Numbered from the stretch's first letter, positions 28,391 through 41,063 are shown. The stretch: DNA of 64,000 nt from Octopus vulgaris (GCA_951406725.2 OX597823.1:51460001-51524000), one strand, 5' to 3'. The notes: generated from the letters alone by a model not told the origin. Program-made: numbers and translations.

Positions 28391-28995
28391 GAAATGAAGA
28401 AAATGCTGACAAAATAATTTAAGTAAGGGAGAGTGTATTTAATTAGGTGAAAGTTCTTTTTACCGGTTGCGCATTTGTTATGCTTATCAAAAGATATTTT
28501 TTTAAGAGAGATAGAGTTCCTTAAATTATTTTGTCAGCATTTTCTTCATTTCCTTTTTTTATATATCACAACTCGTGTTCCACATCTCCTTTTTTAAATA
28601 TATATATATATATATATAACTTACTGTTAATAAAAACCAAGGCACATTGGCTTCTCTTACTTAAGTGAAAAAATGTATAGTAAATGCACAAACGAAAAGT
28701 AGAAAACCTATAATCAATGCACAGGCAAACGGAAAAACGCACGCGCGCATGTGTGTGTGCGCGTGTGTATATCTTTTTTCGGTGTTTGTCTCCACCCCCA
28801 GCATCGCTTGACAAACGATGTTGGTGTGTTTACGACCTGTAACTCAGCGGTTCGGCAAAAAAGGCCTATAGAATAAGTAATAGGTTTACAAAGAATAGGT
28901 CCTGGGGGCGATTTATTAGACTAAAAATCTTTGTAAGGCGGTGCTCCAGCATGGCCGTAGTCAAATGAATGAAATAAGATATTAAAAGAATAAAT
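28151..28995 (+). mobile_element. SINE family 1 interrupted in its internal (TA)n by a palindromic insert
   Basis: Head 28151-28310, tail 28740-28995; foreign sequence at about 28387-28740. Confidence 0.85.
28387..28556. mobile_element. palindromic Penelope-like remnant with 37-bp perfect inverted arms and a decayed hammerhead
   Basis: 28387-28423 is the reverse complement of 28520-28556; minus 28455-28494 reads tctt-TTGATAA-gcat-aacaa-atgc-GCAA-CCGG-TA-aaaaga. Confidence 0.7.
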
Positions 28996-28997
28996 AT

Positions 28998-29396
28998 ATT
29001 CTTTTCTATTCCAGGTACAAGGCCCGAAATTTTGGGGCGGGGACTAGTCGATTAGATCGATGCCAGTACGTAGCTGGTACTTAATTTATCGACCCGAATG
29101 GATGAAAGGCAAAGTCCACCTCGGCAGAATTTGAACTCAGAACGTAAACACAGACGAAATACCTATTTCTTTACTACCCACAAGAGGCTAAACACAGAGA
29201 GAACAAACAAGGCAGACAAACGGATTAAGTCGATTATATCGACCTCAGTGCGTAACTGGTACTTATTTAATCGATCGCGAAAGGATGAAAGGCAAAGTCG
29301 ACCTCCACGGAATTTGAACTCAGAACGTAACGGCAGACGAAATACGGCTATGCATTTCGCCCGGCGTGCTTAACGATTCAGCCAGCTCGCCGCCTT
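28998..29396 (-). mobile_element. SINE family 2, dimeric form
   Basis: Head at 29396, two tandem bodies; the distal unit ends in an alternative tail (GGGCCTTGTACC...AGAAAAGA). Confidence 0.9.
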
Positions 29397-29850
29397 AGAA
29401 TAAATATTATATTAAACAGAAAATAAAAAATAAAATGATAAAAGGAAAGATAACATAAAAATATTGCACCACAATTTTTTCACACCTTTGATTCCTATCA
29501 CATTCAACAAAATTCATTTGTAGGCGTTTTTGAATTCTTTCTATTAATAATATATTCAGTAATAATTAAAACGTTAACTAAGTCCGTTTGTATCAGAGTA
29601 CTTGCATGTACATAAGTGTTTTAATGTTTGTGCGAGTCTATTGCATATGTGTGTGATTGTGTGTGCGCGCTAATGTCAGAAAAAAAGTGCGTAGTTATTT
29701 AACGATCGAACATATATCTTTCATATCGTATTTCGAAGAATAGCACCAATTTTTCTAACGATGCAATCAGTTACCACATTATCGTCGGAATTGCATAAAT
29801 TATAGAGACAACATGCTTGTTTGTTAGCATCATTGTAAGTCAGTTCTATA

Positions 29851-30082
29851 TTTAAGAAATGAGGAATTATGTACATTATTTACATTATTTACATTCAACG
29901 GATATTTGTCCTCGTCTTGTTTGTTGTTAACACAACGTTTCGGCTGATATACCCTCCAGCCTTCTTCAGATGTCTTGCGGAAATTACGAACCTGGGTTCT
30001 CATTCCTAAAGAAACGTTGTGTTAACAACAACCAAGATGAGCACAAATATCCATCGAATGTAAATAATGTAAATAATGTATT
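29851..30082. mobile_element. palindromic Penelope-like insertion with 70-bp inverted arms and probable target-site duplication
   Basis: 29872-29941 is inverted to 30011-30080; flanked by ATTGTAAGT(CA)GTTCTATA at 29832-29850 and 30083-30099. Confidence 0.8.
29929..29974 (-). ncRNA. type I hammerhead ribozyme, minimal helix III
   Basis: gacat-CTGAAGA-a-GGCTG-(10 nt)-CAGCC-GAAAC-GTT-gtgtt: intact core, 5-bp helix II, helix I gacat/gtgtt with G-U pairs, palindromic AACGTT. Confidence 0.8.
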
Positions 30083-30284
30083 ATTGTAAGTGTTCTATAC
30101 AGTGTTGAAATACACTACCTGTTTGTCGGTCTACCTGCCAGTAGGAATGAACATAGCACTCGCTCTTACACTAGAGACATAATTTATTAATTCAGAATTG
30201 ATAGGTGTTGTGTTATTTTTCTTATTCTTTTTAGATAGCTTTCAGAATGAATAGAGACCAATGATAAAATATTGAGACAAAATA

Positions 30285-30352
30285 TAGATAGATAGATAGA
30301 TTGAGTGATTAATTGATAGATAGACAGAGAGATAGAGAGATAGATACAAAGA

Positions 30353-30384
<32 letters not shown>

Positions 30385-30433
30385 TAGACAGACATACATA
30401 CAGACAGACAGACAGACACACAGACAGACAGAC

Positions 30434-30507
<74 letters not shown>

Positions 30508-30522
30508 ATAAATAGATAGATG

Positions 30523-30584
<62 letters not shown>

Positions 30585-30630
30585 CGGATAGAGAAGATAG
30601 GTAGATAAATAGATAGATAGAGAGAGAGAG
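30285..30630. repeat. (GATA)n/(GACA)n microsatellite
   Basis: Direct reading. Confidence 0.95.
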
Positions 30631-31663
30631 GGGGGAGAGAGAGAATAACGAGCAATACGTTAGAAATCGCTGTGAAATCACAAAGCAAGAAGGTGAAAAG
30701 AAAAATTCAGAAGATACAACGAGAAAACAGAGAAGATTTGTAAATAATTGCGCTAAATTCGATGAGAAAATGAGTCATTTCTGCGTCAGGTTGATTCTGA
30801 GAATTATGGTGGGCAGAGTACATCGGTTTGAACGTGTGAGACAAACACTGTCTGAAAATAAAACAAAAACAGTGATGAATAGTCAATAACTTATCGGAAA
30901 TCATCCTTCAGTTAAGATAGAATCCAATTTGTGTATTTTTACCTCAAACTACAATCCAAATCTGATTAGAAAAGTTCGGTAATTGAGATTTTTTTTATTA
31001 TAACATTTCTTTTTTACTTATTCGTAAAAAAAATTACATAGTAAACTATCAAGCGCTAATCACATGAGACATAAGGATATACGATAGATGTAAGCGAGTA
31101 TTGAATAATGAAAATTAAAGAGACATGCAATGCTCTCAACATACGCACGCACTCGCGCACACACGCACTCGTAAACACACAGGCAAAAACATACAAACAT
31201 ACTTATATGGACATACAGTTCTCTATATTTCTCTCTCTTTCTTTCTGTCTCTGTCCTTCTTTCTCTCTCTCTCTCGGAACACATTCACACACTAAGAAAG
31301 TGACAGAGCTTGGAGAAACCAAAATACACACACACACATACACAAAAAAAGAAAAAATGGACAGGGAGACAAGAAAAGAAAGCTGCTTCGATGTGTGCGC
31401 ATTTGTGTGTGTGTGTGTGTGAGAGCGCATGTTTGTATGTGTGTACACCTTTGTATATAAGTGCGTGTGTGCTTGTGCGTGTGTGTGTGCGTGTTTACTC
31501 CAAAGAAAATGCATTGATATGTAGCAAGAAATATTCGTTTTACTCCATCTTCGAACCATCGTTTGCACCAGTTCTTTTAATGTGTGAACCGTTTCTAAAT
31601 TTGTTTATTTTCCGCCTGACTCACGCATACATACATACATACATACATACATACATACATACA

Positions 31664-31693
<30 letters not shown>

Positions 31694-31694
<1 letters not shown>

Positions 31695-32041
31695 CTATTA
31701 TATAAAATCCGTTCTGTCTGTCTCTGTATGTTTGTCTTCTAGGGTCTCGGGCATCCTTCATCAGATTGCACTCAAATTTGATATGTAGATACCGACGGTA
31801 TCACGGCATGTATAAGTTTTGAAAAAATTACAAAAATCGATTCCAGGTGAGAATGCGATCGATAAAGCCGTGGGAAAATGCATTTGTACGCGCAAGTACA
31901 TCATCTGTTGCTCAAATTTAGGTTAAATCAGTTTCTCAAAGGGGAGGCCTATGGGACGGTCGGACAAGTTGTTTTGAGAAAATTTGGTTTAAATGTTTGA
32001 CAACTCAGCACCGGTCCATTGGACGGGGTGCGTTTTGCTCG
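31694..32041 (+). mobile_element. non-autonomous Helitron
   Basis: Starts TC(TATTATATAAAA) after an A; 3' hairpin GCACCGGTCC-ATT-GGACGGGGTGC, then CTCG|T (variant of CTAG). Confidence 0.65.
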
Positions 32042-32094
32042 TATATATATAAACTGATGTGCCTTTATATATGTGTATGTATATATGTGTGTGC

Positions 32095-32148
<54 letters not shown>

Positions 32149-32309
32149 CATTTGACCCTGTGGCCAATAGCTAACGATGATTTAGCGACCTCCTATGTCT
32201 ATTTCCCGTTTGTTTGTCCATTAATTACTTTTTTAACTTATCATCACACATACACACGCGCGCGTGCACACACATACAACATGTATTGAATGTTCTCATG
32301 TACAACTTT

Positions 32310-32600
32310 TCTGATGGTGAATTCTGAAACCTTGAGGTCTTTTGCAATGGCTTTGATTGACTTTCCAGAATTTTTATCAATTATATCTTAGACTTGTTGT
32401 ACGAAGTTATGAGTTCTGTTGCTATTATGAACCTGCGCATGGCTTTTGCGTTTAAATGCTGTTGCTGGATGCCTGTCAGTGGCTTCCAGCTTCTTTCGAA
32501 CTTTAACAACGAAGGATCGAGCAACTTTCGGTAAGCGAGCTATCTCTGTTTCACTATGCTGCGCTTTTAAGATAACGACTACAGTATGCTTTTTCATTTT
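32310..32600 (-). mobile_element. Tc1/mariner (maT/DD37D-like) transposase N-terminal fragment
   Basis: MKKHTVVVILKAQHSETEIARLPKVARSFVVKVRKKLE...RTHNFVQQV, an HTH-type transposase start; stop at 32388. Confidence 0.65.
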
Positions 32601-34112
32601 GTAGAGTAAGCTGGATGTAGGACATTATTTATCTCTAAAGTAAGGAAAAAAAATTAGAAAAAATTAGAGCTCTTGAAGGAGGTGCCCTAAAAAGTTGACG
32701 CACCGTAAGAAGCAGAATGGATGGGTGAGAGAGTGAATGAGTAAATGAGTGAGTGAATGAGTGAGTGAGTGAGTGAGTGAGTGAGTGAGTGAGTGAGTGA
32801 GTGACTGACAGAAAAAGAGACAGAGTTAGACTGAAAGAATAATGGCGATACAGAGTGAATGGGAAATGATGTATGTACACGGCACTTTGAATACGAATGT
32901 ATATTGAACACATGTTTTGTGTGATCAAACAACGCAATCAGATACACAAATAATCCCAATCCCTCACCTCAACACACACGTGAATTCCCTCACGCATATT
33001 TATTTATTCATTAATATACGCGTCTGAATAAACATCTTTGGTATGTTAGGTGTTTGTAGACGAGACAACTGCACTTTTGTCTTAAATCGGATATATTAAA
33101 AAAAAAATGAATAACGTGACATTGAACTGCTCTTTTCAATACTACTTACATCTCCTACAGAACACGTATTTAGTATTTATAATGTTTAATGTCTAGGTTG
33201 ACTATCGTTCAAGCAGAAGAGCATCTTACACAAGATGTATAGACTTCGTTATCACAAATTCTTCCGACAGTACAACCGATTTATATTTTTAACTATGTGT
33301 TCTCTCTCTCTTTACACAGCAACTGTCCTCTCACATGTACAACTAACTGGTCTTAGCAAAAATAGGCCGAATGTTTTGCTGCTCAATTATAAGGGAAAAA
33401 GAAATCAATTAATGATGAAATGAGAAGCTAAATCTAAATAAATTTAAGCTCTATAAAGGTGAACATGTTTTCCTCTTGGCTGAAGTTTGTGTCTCAAGGG
33501 ACGTCAAACTCATTTTTCTTACTAACTCAACTGGTGCAGCGACTATGGTTACACGTTTGTCTCTCCGAGCTGGACACTTTATTACATTACAATAAATTTA
33601 GCAGTTATACACGCAACATGCCATCTCTATGGAGCGACAACTATTACACAGCTTCCTTCGCCCACCCACTTCAATCCGTCTCTCCACCCCGACATACATA
33701 CACACGCACTAACAACGCGTATATTTCAGAAAGCCGCCTTCTTAGATATCAATCTTACTCTTGCAATAGGTCTAATTTGTAGAAATTCCCTATCTCTTTG
33801 CTCTACTATCTTCTGCGGACAGCCAATACTTTCCTTTAATCATTTACTTCGTTTATATACCGCAGAACTTTGTCTGGTATGATGTCTGGTTATATCTTTG
33901 TATGACACCCTAACTAATCGAGGATGCTAGACTAACAGGTATATGTGGATTCAATTCAGAGCACATCTGTCTATGTATCATTTTTGCCGGTTTATACACG
34001 CATTCGTAGTTGCCCATACACACACAAGTATATCACAGACACGCAATCACACTAACATATATACCTTACTGCACAAATCCACGAATAGGCACGCACAAAC
34101 ATGCATACAAGA

Positions 34113-34173
<61 letters not shown>

Positions 34174-34809
34174 CATACATACATGCATATATACATACAT
34201 ATATACATACATTCATGCATACATACAATGCAAATGAATGAAAAGCTAAGGTGGGATTGCTTACAACGAACACGTACTTAAGTAAGAACAAGTACCGCAA
34301 ATTTAACATGCTTTGAGGTCTATGAAATAACGTACCTGTGCATATGTATCAATCAGTATGTCTATCTATTCAAACGTGCTACGTAGTTTTCTACATATAT
34401 AAGCACGCATGTTTGTTCTTTCACTTCGTTCTACTATACCAATCTCGGTCTGTATCCTTGTTTTTCACCTTCTCTCTCCCTTTACACACACACACACACA
34501 CACACACGAACACGAGTGAGTGGATAAACGAATATTTAGTAGGGGATATGTATATTATTACTTAAAACAGTTCAATTCGGCCCCAAACAGGAACTTAGCT
34601 CATAGGCAACTATTGAAGAGGTTGCAAGAAGTAATGAATATCTTTTTAAAAAAATAAATAAGTAAATGAGTGGAAATCGAACCGGTGTGTGTGTGATAAT
34701 AAATAAGGCATTTAAACAGAATGACTCTCCCCAGACAATAGAATATGCTTCAACACACGAATTCACATAAAGAATCATGCAAACCAAATGCAATAACGAA
34801 ATTTATATA

Positions 34810-34941
34810 TATTTATTTCTGTGTTCCTTTCTGTCGAAGAGCTTAGGCTCGAAACGTAAAAGACTTTCTCACTTCCCAAGCGTTTAACTAACACAACTGT
34901 TTGTTGTTTACACACCCGTCTTCGTCTTTCTTTTTTTGTAA

Positions 34942-34950
<9 letters not shown>
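34810..34950 (+). mobile_element. short Penelope-like element with variant hammerhead-like motif, abutting (TA)n
   Basis: cttt-CTGTCGA-a-GAGC-ttag-GCTC-GAAAC-GTA-aaag at 34827-34862. Confidence 0.6.
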
Positions 34951-34985
<35 letters not shown>

Positions 34986-35026
34986 CACATATACATTAAC
35001 TATTTTGTGTGTTTGTGTCCATGCGT

Positions 35027-35060
<34 letters not shown>

Positions 35061-35664
35061 AAGAGAGAGAGACAGAAATCTGTGTGTGTGTTTTCCAGCG
35101 TGTCTTCGTGTGTACAGAGACTGGCGTGGGTTTTGAACGTTCCCTTTCTTAAATGCAACGCACTCTCTATATATTCCTGCAACCTTCATCCCATGTGACC
35201 AATGTATATATGCAAGCATACATACATACACACATTCATAGAGATGGACAAATATTGGCATAGATATGTATAATGTCGAGCTTACGCAACAATCGCCGCG
35301 TACATACATAAGTTAGAAATTTTAGGTGTGTAGCTATGTGTATGTCTCAATATACCTGTGTAATATAACCTCATGGGTTTTAATTATTAAACATATACAA
35401 AACTCAACTTGTCACAAACACTGGTCATGAACATAAGTTTAAAATCTATTGCATATAATGCAACAGTACACAAGTTATTTATATGCAATATATGTCTGAA
35501 TGAATATACGTGATATATATTAATAATTTAATTACATTTATATAAAATTTAATATTGGTTAATACATTGATATGGAACCTGACTGCGATACACAGACACA
35601 TATGTAGTCCACGAGGAGCATCGAAATTATGTAAATGTATGTATGTTTGTATGTACATATAAGG

Positions 35665-35815
35665 TGGCTGCATGATAAGAAGTTCGTTTCTCATCCACAC
35701 TTTTCTTAGTTCAGTTCTACTGTGTGCCACCTTCGACAGGTGTCTTCTATTATAATCTCAAGCCGACCAAGCCCTTGTGAATACATCTGGTAGAGAGAAA
35801 TCGAAAGAAGCCCCT
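35665..35815 (+). mobile_element. SINE family 1 head, degenerate, ending at the (TA)n that borders the 560-bp array
   Basis: GTGTCTTCTATTATA...GCCGACCAAGCCCTTGTGA...GAAAGAAGCCC. Confidence 0.75.
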
Positions 35816-35925
35816 CATATATATATATTGGCACTGTTAGTTACGAACAGATCTTCGAAAGCGATGAGAAGCCGAAAGGGTATGTTCTTACTTTCAGTGT
35901 TTTCAAATCCAAACCAAGGAGTTTC

Positions 35926-35977
35926 TGAGCTGATGATAGAAGTGTCGTTTTGACTAATCTTGAAACGTATGTTCTCA
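35926..35977 (+). ncRNA. type I hammerhead-like motif, copy 1
   Basis: tgag-CTGATGA-helix II-GAAAC-GTAT-GTT-ctca. Confidence 0.6.
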
Positions 35978-36485
35978 AATAACCATTGCATTTGATTTTT
36001 TGATGTCCTTACCCCCAAACTTTTGTGAGTTGAGTTAAGCAAACACTATACGAGAGAGATTTTCTTTAAGTATTAGAAATAGCTTTAAAAAAGTTTTTTA
36101 GCTGCTATTTCTAATGAGTTCAGTATGCGGCAAAGTAATTTATTTTACTAAGCTCTTTTATATAATGTAGTAATTTGAATTCGCCTTAAATGGTCCCTTT
36201 GCATACTGAACATTTGGTGAAATTGATTAATAATTAATTAATTTTACCCTCAATTGTTGAAATTATAATTAATCTCCCTCTAATTAATGCTTCGGATTTT
36301 ACCGAAATAAGCATAGTGTTTGATGATTTTAACCCACGCTGGTGGAAAGGGGAGAACAGAAATTCTTCGCTTGCTTATTTGGGTTTGTTGGCACTATTAG
36401 TTACGAACAGATCTTCGAAAGCGATGAGAAGCCGAAAGGGTATGTTCTTACTTTCAGTGTTTTCAAATCCAAACCAAGGAGTTTC

Positions 36486-36537
36486 TGAGCTGATGATAGA
36501 AATGTCGTTTTGACTAATCTTGAAACGTACGTTCTCA
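36486..36537 (+). ncRNA. type I hammerhead-like motif, copy 2
   Basis: tgag-CTGATGA-tagaaatgtcgttttgactaatctt-GAAAC-GTAC-GTT-ctca; helix I tgag/ctca; palindromic AACGTACGTT; helix II imperfect. Confidence 0.68.
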
Positions 36538-37045
36538 AATAACCTTTGCATTTGATTTTTTGATGTCCTTACCCCCAAACTTTTGTGAGTTGAGTTAAGC
36601 AAACACTATACGAGAGAGATTTTCTTTAAGTATTAGAAATAGCTTTAAAAAAGTTTTTTAGCTGCTATTTCTAATGAGTTCAGTATGCGGCAAAGTAATT
36701 TATTTTACTAAGCCCTTTTATATAATGTAATAATTTGAATTCGCCTTAAATGGTCCCTTTGCATACTGAACACTTGGTGAAATTGATTAATAATTAATTA
36801 ATTTTACCCTCAATTGTTGAAATTATAATTAATCTCCCTCTAATTAATGCTTCGGATTTTACCGAAATAAGCATAGTGTTTGATGATTTTAACCCACGCT
36901 GGTGGAAAGGGGAGAACAGAAATTCTTCGCTTGCTTATTTGGGTTTGTTGGCACTATTAGTTACGAACAGATCTTCGAAAGCGATGAGAAGCCGAAAGGG
37001 TATGTTCTTACTTTCAGTGTTTTCAAATCCAAACCAAGGAGTTTC

Positions 37046-37097
37046 TGAGCTGATGATAGAAATGTCGTTTTGACTAATCTTGAAACGTACGTTCTCA
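37046..37097 (+). ncRNA. type I hammerhead-like motif, copy 3
   Basis: Identical to copy 2. Confidence 0.68.
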
Positions 37098-37556
37098 AAT
37101 AACCTTTGCATTTGATTTTTTGATGTCCTTACCCCCAAACTTTTGTGAGTTGAGTTAAGCAAACACTATACGAGAGAGATTTTCTTTAAGTATTAGAAAT
37201 AGCTTTAAAAAAGTTTTTTAGCTGCTATTTCTAATGAGTTCAGTATGCGGCAAAGTAATTTATTTTACTAAGCCCTTTTATATAATGTAATAATTTGAAT
37301 TCGCCTTAAATGGTCCCTTTGCATACTGAACACTTGGTGAAATTGATTAATAATTAATTAATTTTACCCTCAATTGTTGAAATTATATATATATATATAT
37401 ATGAATACAAAATTAAGAGGAATTACCACCAAAGTGGACTCCTAATATGCTAAATATAGACGTCAAAATCGCCATTACCACGAAAAAATTCAGCAAAACG
37501 CTAGAATGTAAAAATGAGCAAGACAAATGAAAATATACGAAATAAAACACGATTAC

Positions 37557-37622
37557 CTACGTACCAATGGTTTTGTTTGTTAATATTTACGAATGTAAGT
37601 ATCTACAAGCGCATCAGCGTAG
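37557..37622 (-). ncRNA. decayed type I hammerhead in a Penelope-like remnant
   Basis: ctacg-CTGATGC-long helix II-AAAAC-CATTG-GTA-cgtag; perfect helix I, two core substitutions. Confidence 0.55.
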
Positions 37623-38409
37623 ATTGTCGCTTACAAAACACCATTTCCAGAACTAGACACAGAACCCTCACCCGAAAGGGAGCATGTATAAAGGTCTGAA
37701 AATTATATTTGGAGGTATTTTTCAAATGTATTCCTTTTGGCGCACTGGGACCGGAAATAACTCTGCAATTAATAAATTTCAGCAGCTAATTTATTGGTTA
37801 GAGAACATTGTTATTGAAAATATTAAATAATGAGGGTAGAAATTGATATTAATCAATTAAAACCAGTGGCGCAGTTTGTGACAGACCATGCCTTTCTTTT
37901 GTTGGGCTCAAATCTCATTTACGAACCCATGGAAAACAAATCTCCACCAATTATTCTGCCTATATGTCTGTACACACCTTTCAAAGCAGATCTAACGGAG
38001 GCCTCAAAAGACATTTTAAAATCCACAAAGATCAAAACTTATCTGCGGTCCAAATCGGATATACAATCTATGTGGGTGTCTTTTCAAAACATTGTTTGGT
38101 TTAAAAAGCCACATCAGATGCCATGGTGGTTCTAAGGTGTAGGTACAGGTGGTAGTCAAACTCTGCATAAGGAGGGGAATACGCCGAATAAAATCATAAT
38201 TAACTGATCCTCCATGTATTTTCTTTAACCAAAAGCCAGACGCTTTTTTGCGCCAGCTCGTATATCTATGTATTTATGTACAGTAAATTGACAAAATTTG
38301 TATTCCATATCTTATACAATGTTATGTATTTCTTATCTCGTCAGTGTGCGAGTGTGTAAAATCTCTTTGATTTCAGGAATTGAAAGATGCCTTTCACTGC
38401 AATGTAAAG

Positions 38410-38530
38410 GCACAAACCGATACACTATGGCACCAGTAACGTCGCAACTAATTTCTACAGCTGAAGTAGAGCTAAGTGAAAAAAAAGTGACTTGCTCAAG
38501 AACACAACACACATCCAGGTCCGGTAAACG
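38410..38530 (-). mobile_element. SINE family 3 fragment
   Basis: TTTCTACAGCTGA...TGCTCAAGAACACAAC...GGTCCGG is the reverse complement of the family 3 body. Confidence 0.7.
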
Positions 38531-38707
38531 ATGCCCGAACCAATGGGCCGTATGACTTCACTAAACTATATAGCTTGTGTATGTGTGTGTTTGTGTGTGT
38601 GTGTGTGTGTGTGCTTGTGTGCAAGTATATTTTTTCTATATACGTCTGAATGCATGCATGGGAGTATATGTGCATGTGTAGCTTTCTATCTGTATCTACC
38701 TCTTTGT

Positions 38708-38784
<77 letters not shown>

Positions 38785-39292
38785 AATCTATCTATCTGTA
38801 TATCTATCTATCTGTCTACCTACCTACCTACCTACCTATCTGTCTATCTCTCTATCTATTTATCTATCTGTTTGTCAGTCTGTCTATCTTATATATTTAC
38901 GTATGCATACACAGACACACATATAGACGCACACACACACACATATATTTGCGTGTGTGTGTCAATATGCATACGTATCTATTTGAAGTGAGTGTTTCTC
39001 ATATTATGAAAATAAGTAACATTTACTAAGAAGAGACGCGGTACATCAATAGAATCTAAATAGAGTTTAAACAAATTTGACAAAAATAGTGTAACTGACT
39101 TCGAAGTTTTGCCAACAACGGCATGATAGATTTTCTGCCGATTCTTTGTGGTAGAAACTTGGCACTATATTTGCACACACACACATATACAAACACTATA
39201 TTCAGGTTTTTATCTGTGTGTGTGTGTGCATTTATGTGTACCTGTGCAAATGTTGCATGCCTGTTATGTATTCACGCATACACGCACGCACG

Positions 39293-39327
<35 letters not shown>

Positions 39328-39373
39328 GAACTTGCGGCGATAGATGGATAGATAGGTAGATAGATAAACAGAC

Positions 39374-39436
<63 letters not shown>

Positions 39437-39477
39437 CAGACAGATAGACAAATAGCTAGATAGACAGATAGACAAAC

Positions 39478-39537
<60 letters not shown>

Positions 39538-39538
<1 letters not shown>

Positions 39539-40230
39539 TGTTTCTTTATTAGCCACACAGGGCTGCACACAGATAGAACAAATTACAAGGTAGAGCTTTT
39601 CTTTTGAAGGTAAAAAAGGGGGGGGTGTTCGATCAAAAGGGATCGTAAAAGGAGAGAAAGAGGACAAAAAAAGGGGGTTTAAAAAAAGGGGGAGATGAAA
39701 AAAAATTGATCAATAGGGATCGTTATCACAGAAATGTCAATATGAAGTGTAAAGGGGAGGACAGGTGAGGTTTACCCGTGGAAAGAAAAGCCTACGGAAA
39801 AGACCACGGTAACCTCGGTCAATGAAGTCACATGTTATATTTCTTTCTTTTATTTTTTTTTTTGCAAATAAGCAACTCTCTGTATTAATTTTTATGGTTC
39901 ATAGAATCATAGTCAAGGTGGCTTCGTCATTCATACGTGCCATCCTTGCTACATTCACCCATCTTTTTTTAAAACATTCACTAGACAAAACTTGCCTCTC
40001 TACTCTCACTTTCCTCCTCAAGTGATACTTGAAGAAGTTGATGAGAGATTGACCAGAGAGGAAAGTGTTTGTCTCTAATCCTTTCAGGCGCGTCCACCAG
40101 ATACATTCTTTCGCCATAGCCACAAGTATGATAAAAATAGCTCTTCCTTCCCGTTTGAAGGAAGGAGGCGTGACGATATTAACGATAGACTCGGCTGATA
40201 AACCGACACGTCCCACACGTGACAGCAGTC
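39538..40230 (-). mobile_element. L1/Tx1-like LINE, 5'-truncated 3' end, within (GATA)n
   Basis: ORF 39899-40216 is nearly identical to the C-terminus of 42435-43721; 3' end AATAAAGAAAC then (TATC)n. Confidence 0.92.
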
Positions 40231-40250
40231 GTTAGATAGATAGATAGATA

Positions 40251-40451
40251 AGTTTCTTTATTGGCCACACAGGGCTGCACACAGATGGGACAAATTACAA
40301 GGTAGAGCTTTTCTTTTGGGGGATGAAAAAAAAAGTGGCGTAGGTTTTCGATCAAAAGGGATTGTAAAAGGGAAAAAAGAATAAAAGAAAAAAAAAGGAA
40401 AAGAAACAAAAGAAAAATAGATAGATAGATAGATAGATGGATGGATGGATG

Positions 40452-40537
<86 letters not shown>

Positions 40538-41063
40538 CCTCTATTTTTACCCTCCCAGTTCTCAGAGCTTTATTATTTTTCTTCTATTATAGCGTATGAG
40601 TAAATGTCAAGAACACTTTTCGTCCATTTGCAGTTTCTGCTTAGCGCACATCCATTGTAAGTTTTTGCACACATTTGTGGAAATCTTTTTTGAATCATTT
40701 CCCGCTTTAAATATCAGACAACTGCAATTGTATTTCATTCCTCCAATAATTGGTTTTATATATCTGAAACATTCTTGTTCTAATTCTTTGTATCATTTTC
40801 ATTGCTTCATGTTCTCAATCAATTAACGCCAATGGTAATTTTCAAGCGTGTGTTTCAACTCCATTTTCATGCAAGTGTATATATAAAAGCATATGTTTAT
40901 GTGTTTATAAATAAATAAGTGTGTCCATGTGTGTATCACAATATCAATGTATGTTTGTAAAGGTTTTATATGTTTTTCGAAATGTGTGTATATTAGAGAA
41001 ATTTGCGAAACTTGAATGGAAAAGATAGAAAACAAAACGAAACTGATAAAATTTGTGAAAACG

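Larger units (their letters stand above)
35828..37387 (+). repeat. 560-bp tandem repeat, ~2.8 near-identical copies, non-coding, one hammerhead-like motif per unit (retrozyme or Penelope pLTR-like)
   Basis: Units start at 35828, 36388 and 36948; only a few substitutions in copy 1; (TA)n on both sides. Confidence 0.95.

Noticed and set aside
35815-37162. Repeated 65-aa and 75-aa ORFs in the 560-bp units
   Set aside because: Non-ATG starts and no recognisable domain; they recur only because the DNA repeats
35828-37387. Possible CRISPR array, rDNA or mitochondrial insert
   Set aside because: No repeat-spacer pattern and no rRNA or mitochondrial gene motifs I could recognise
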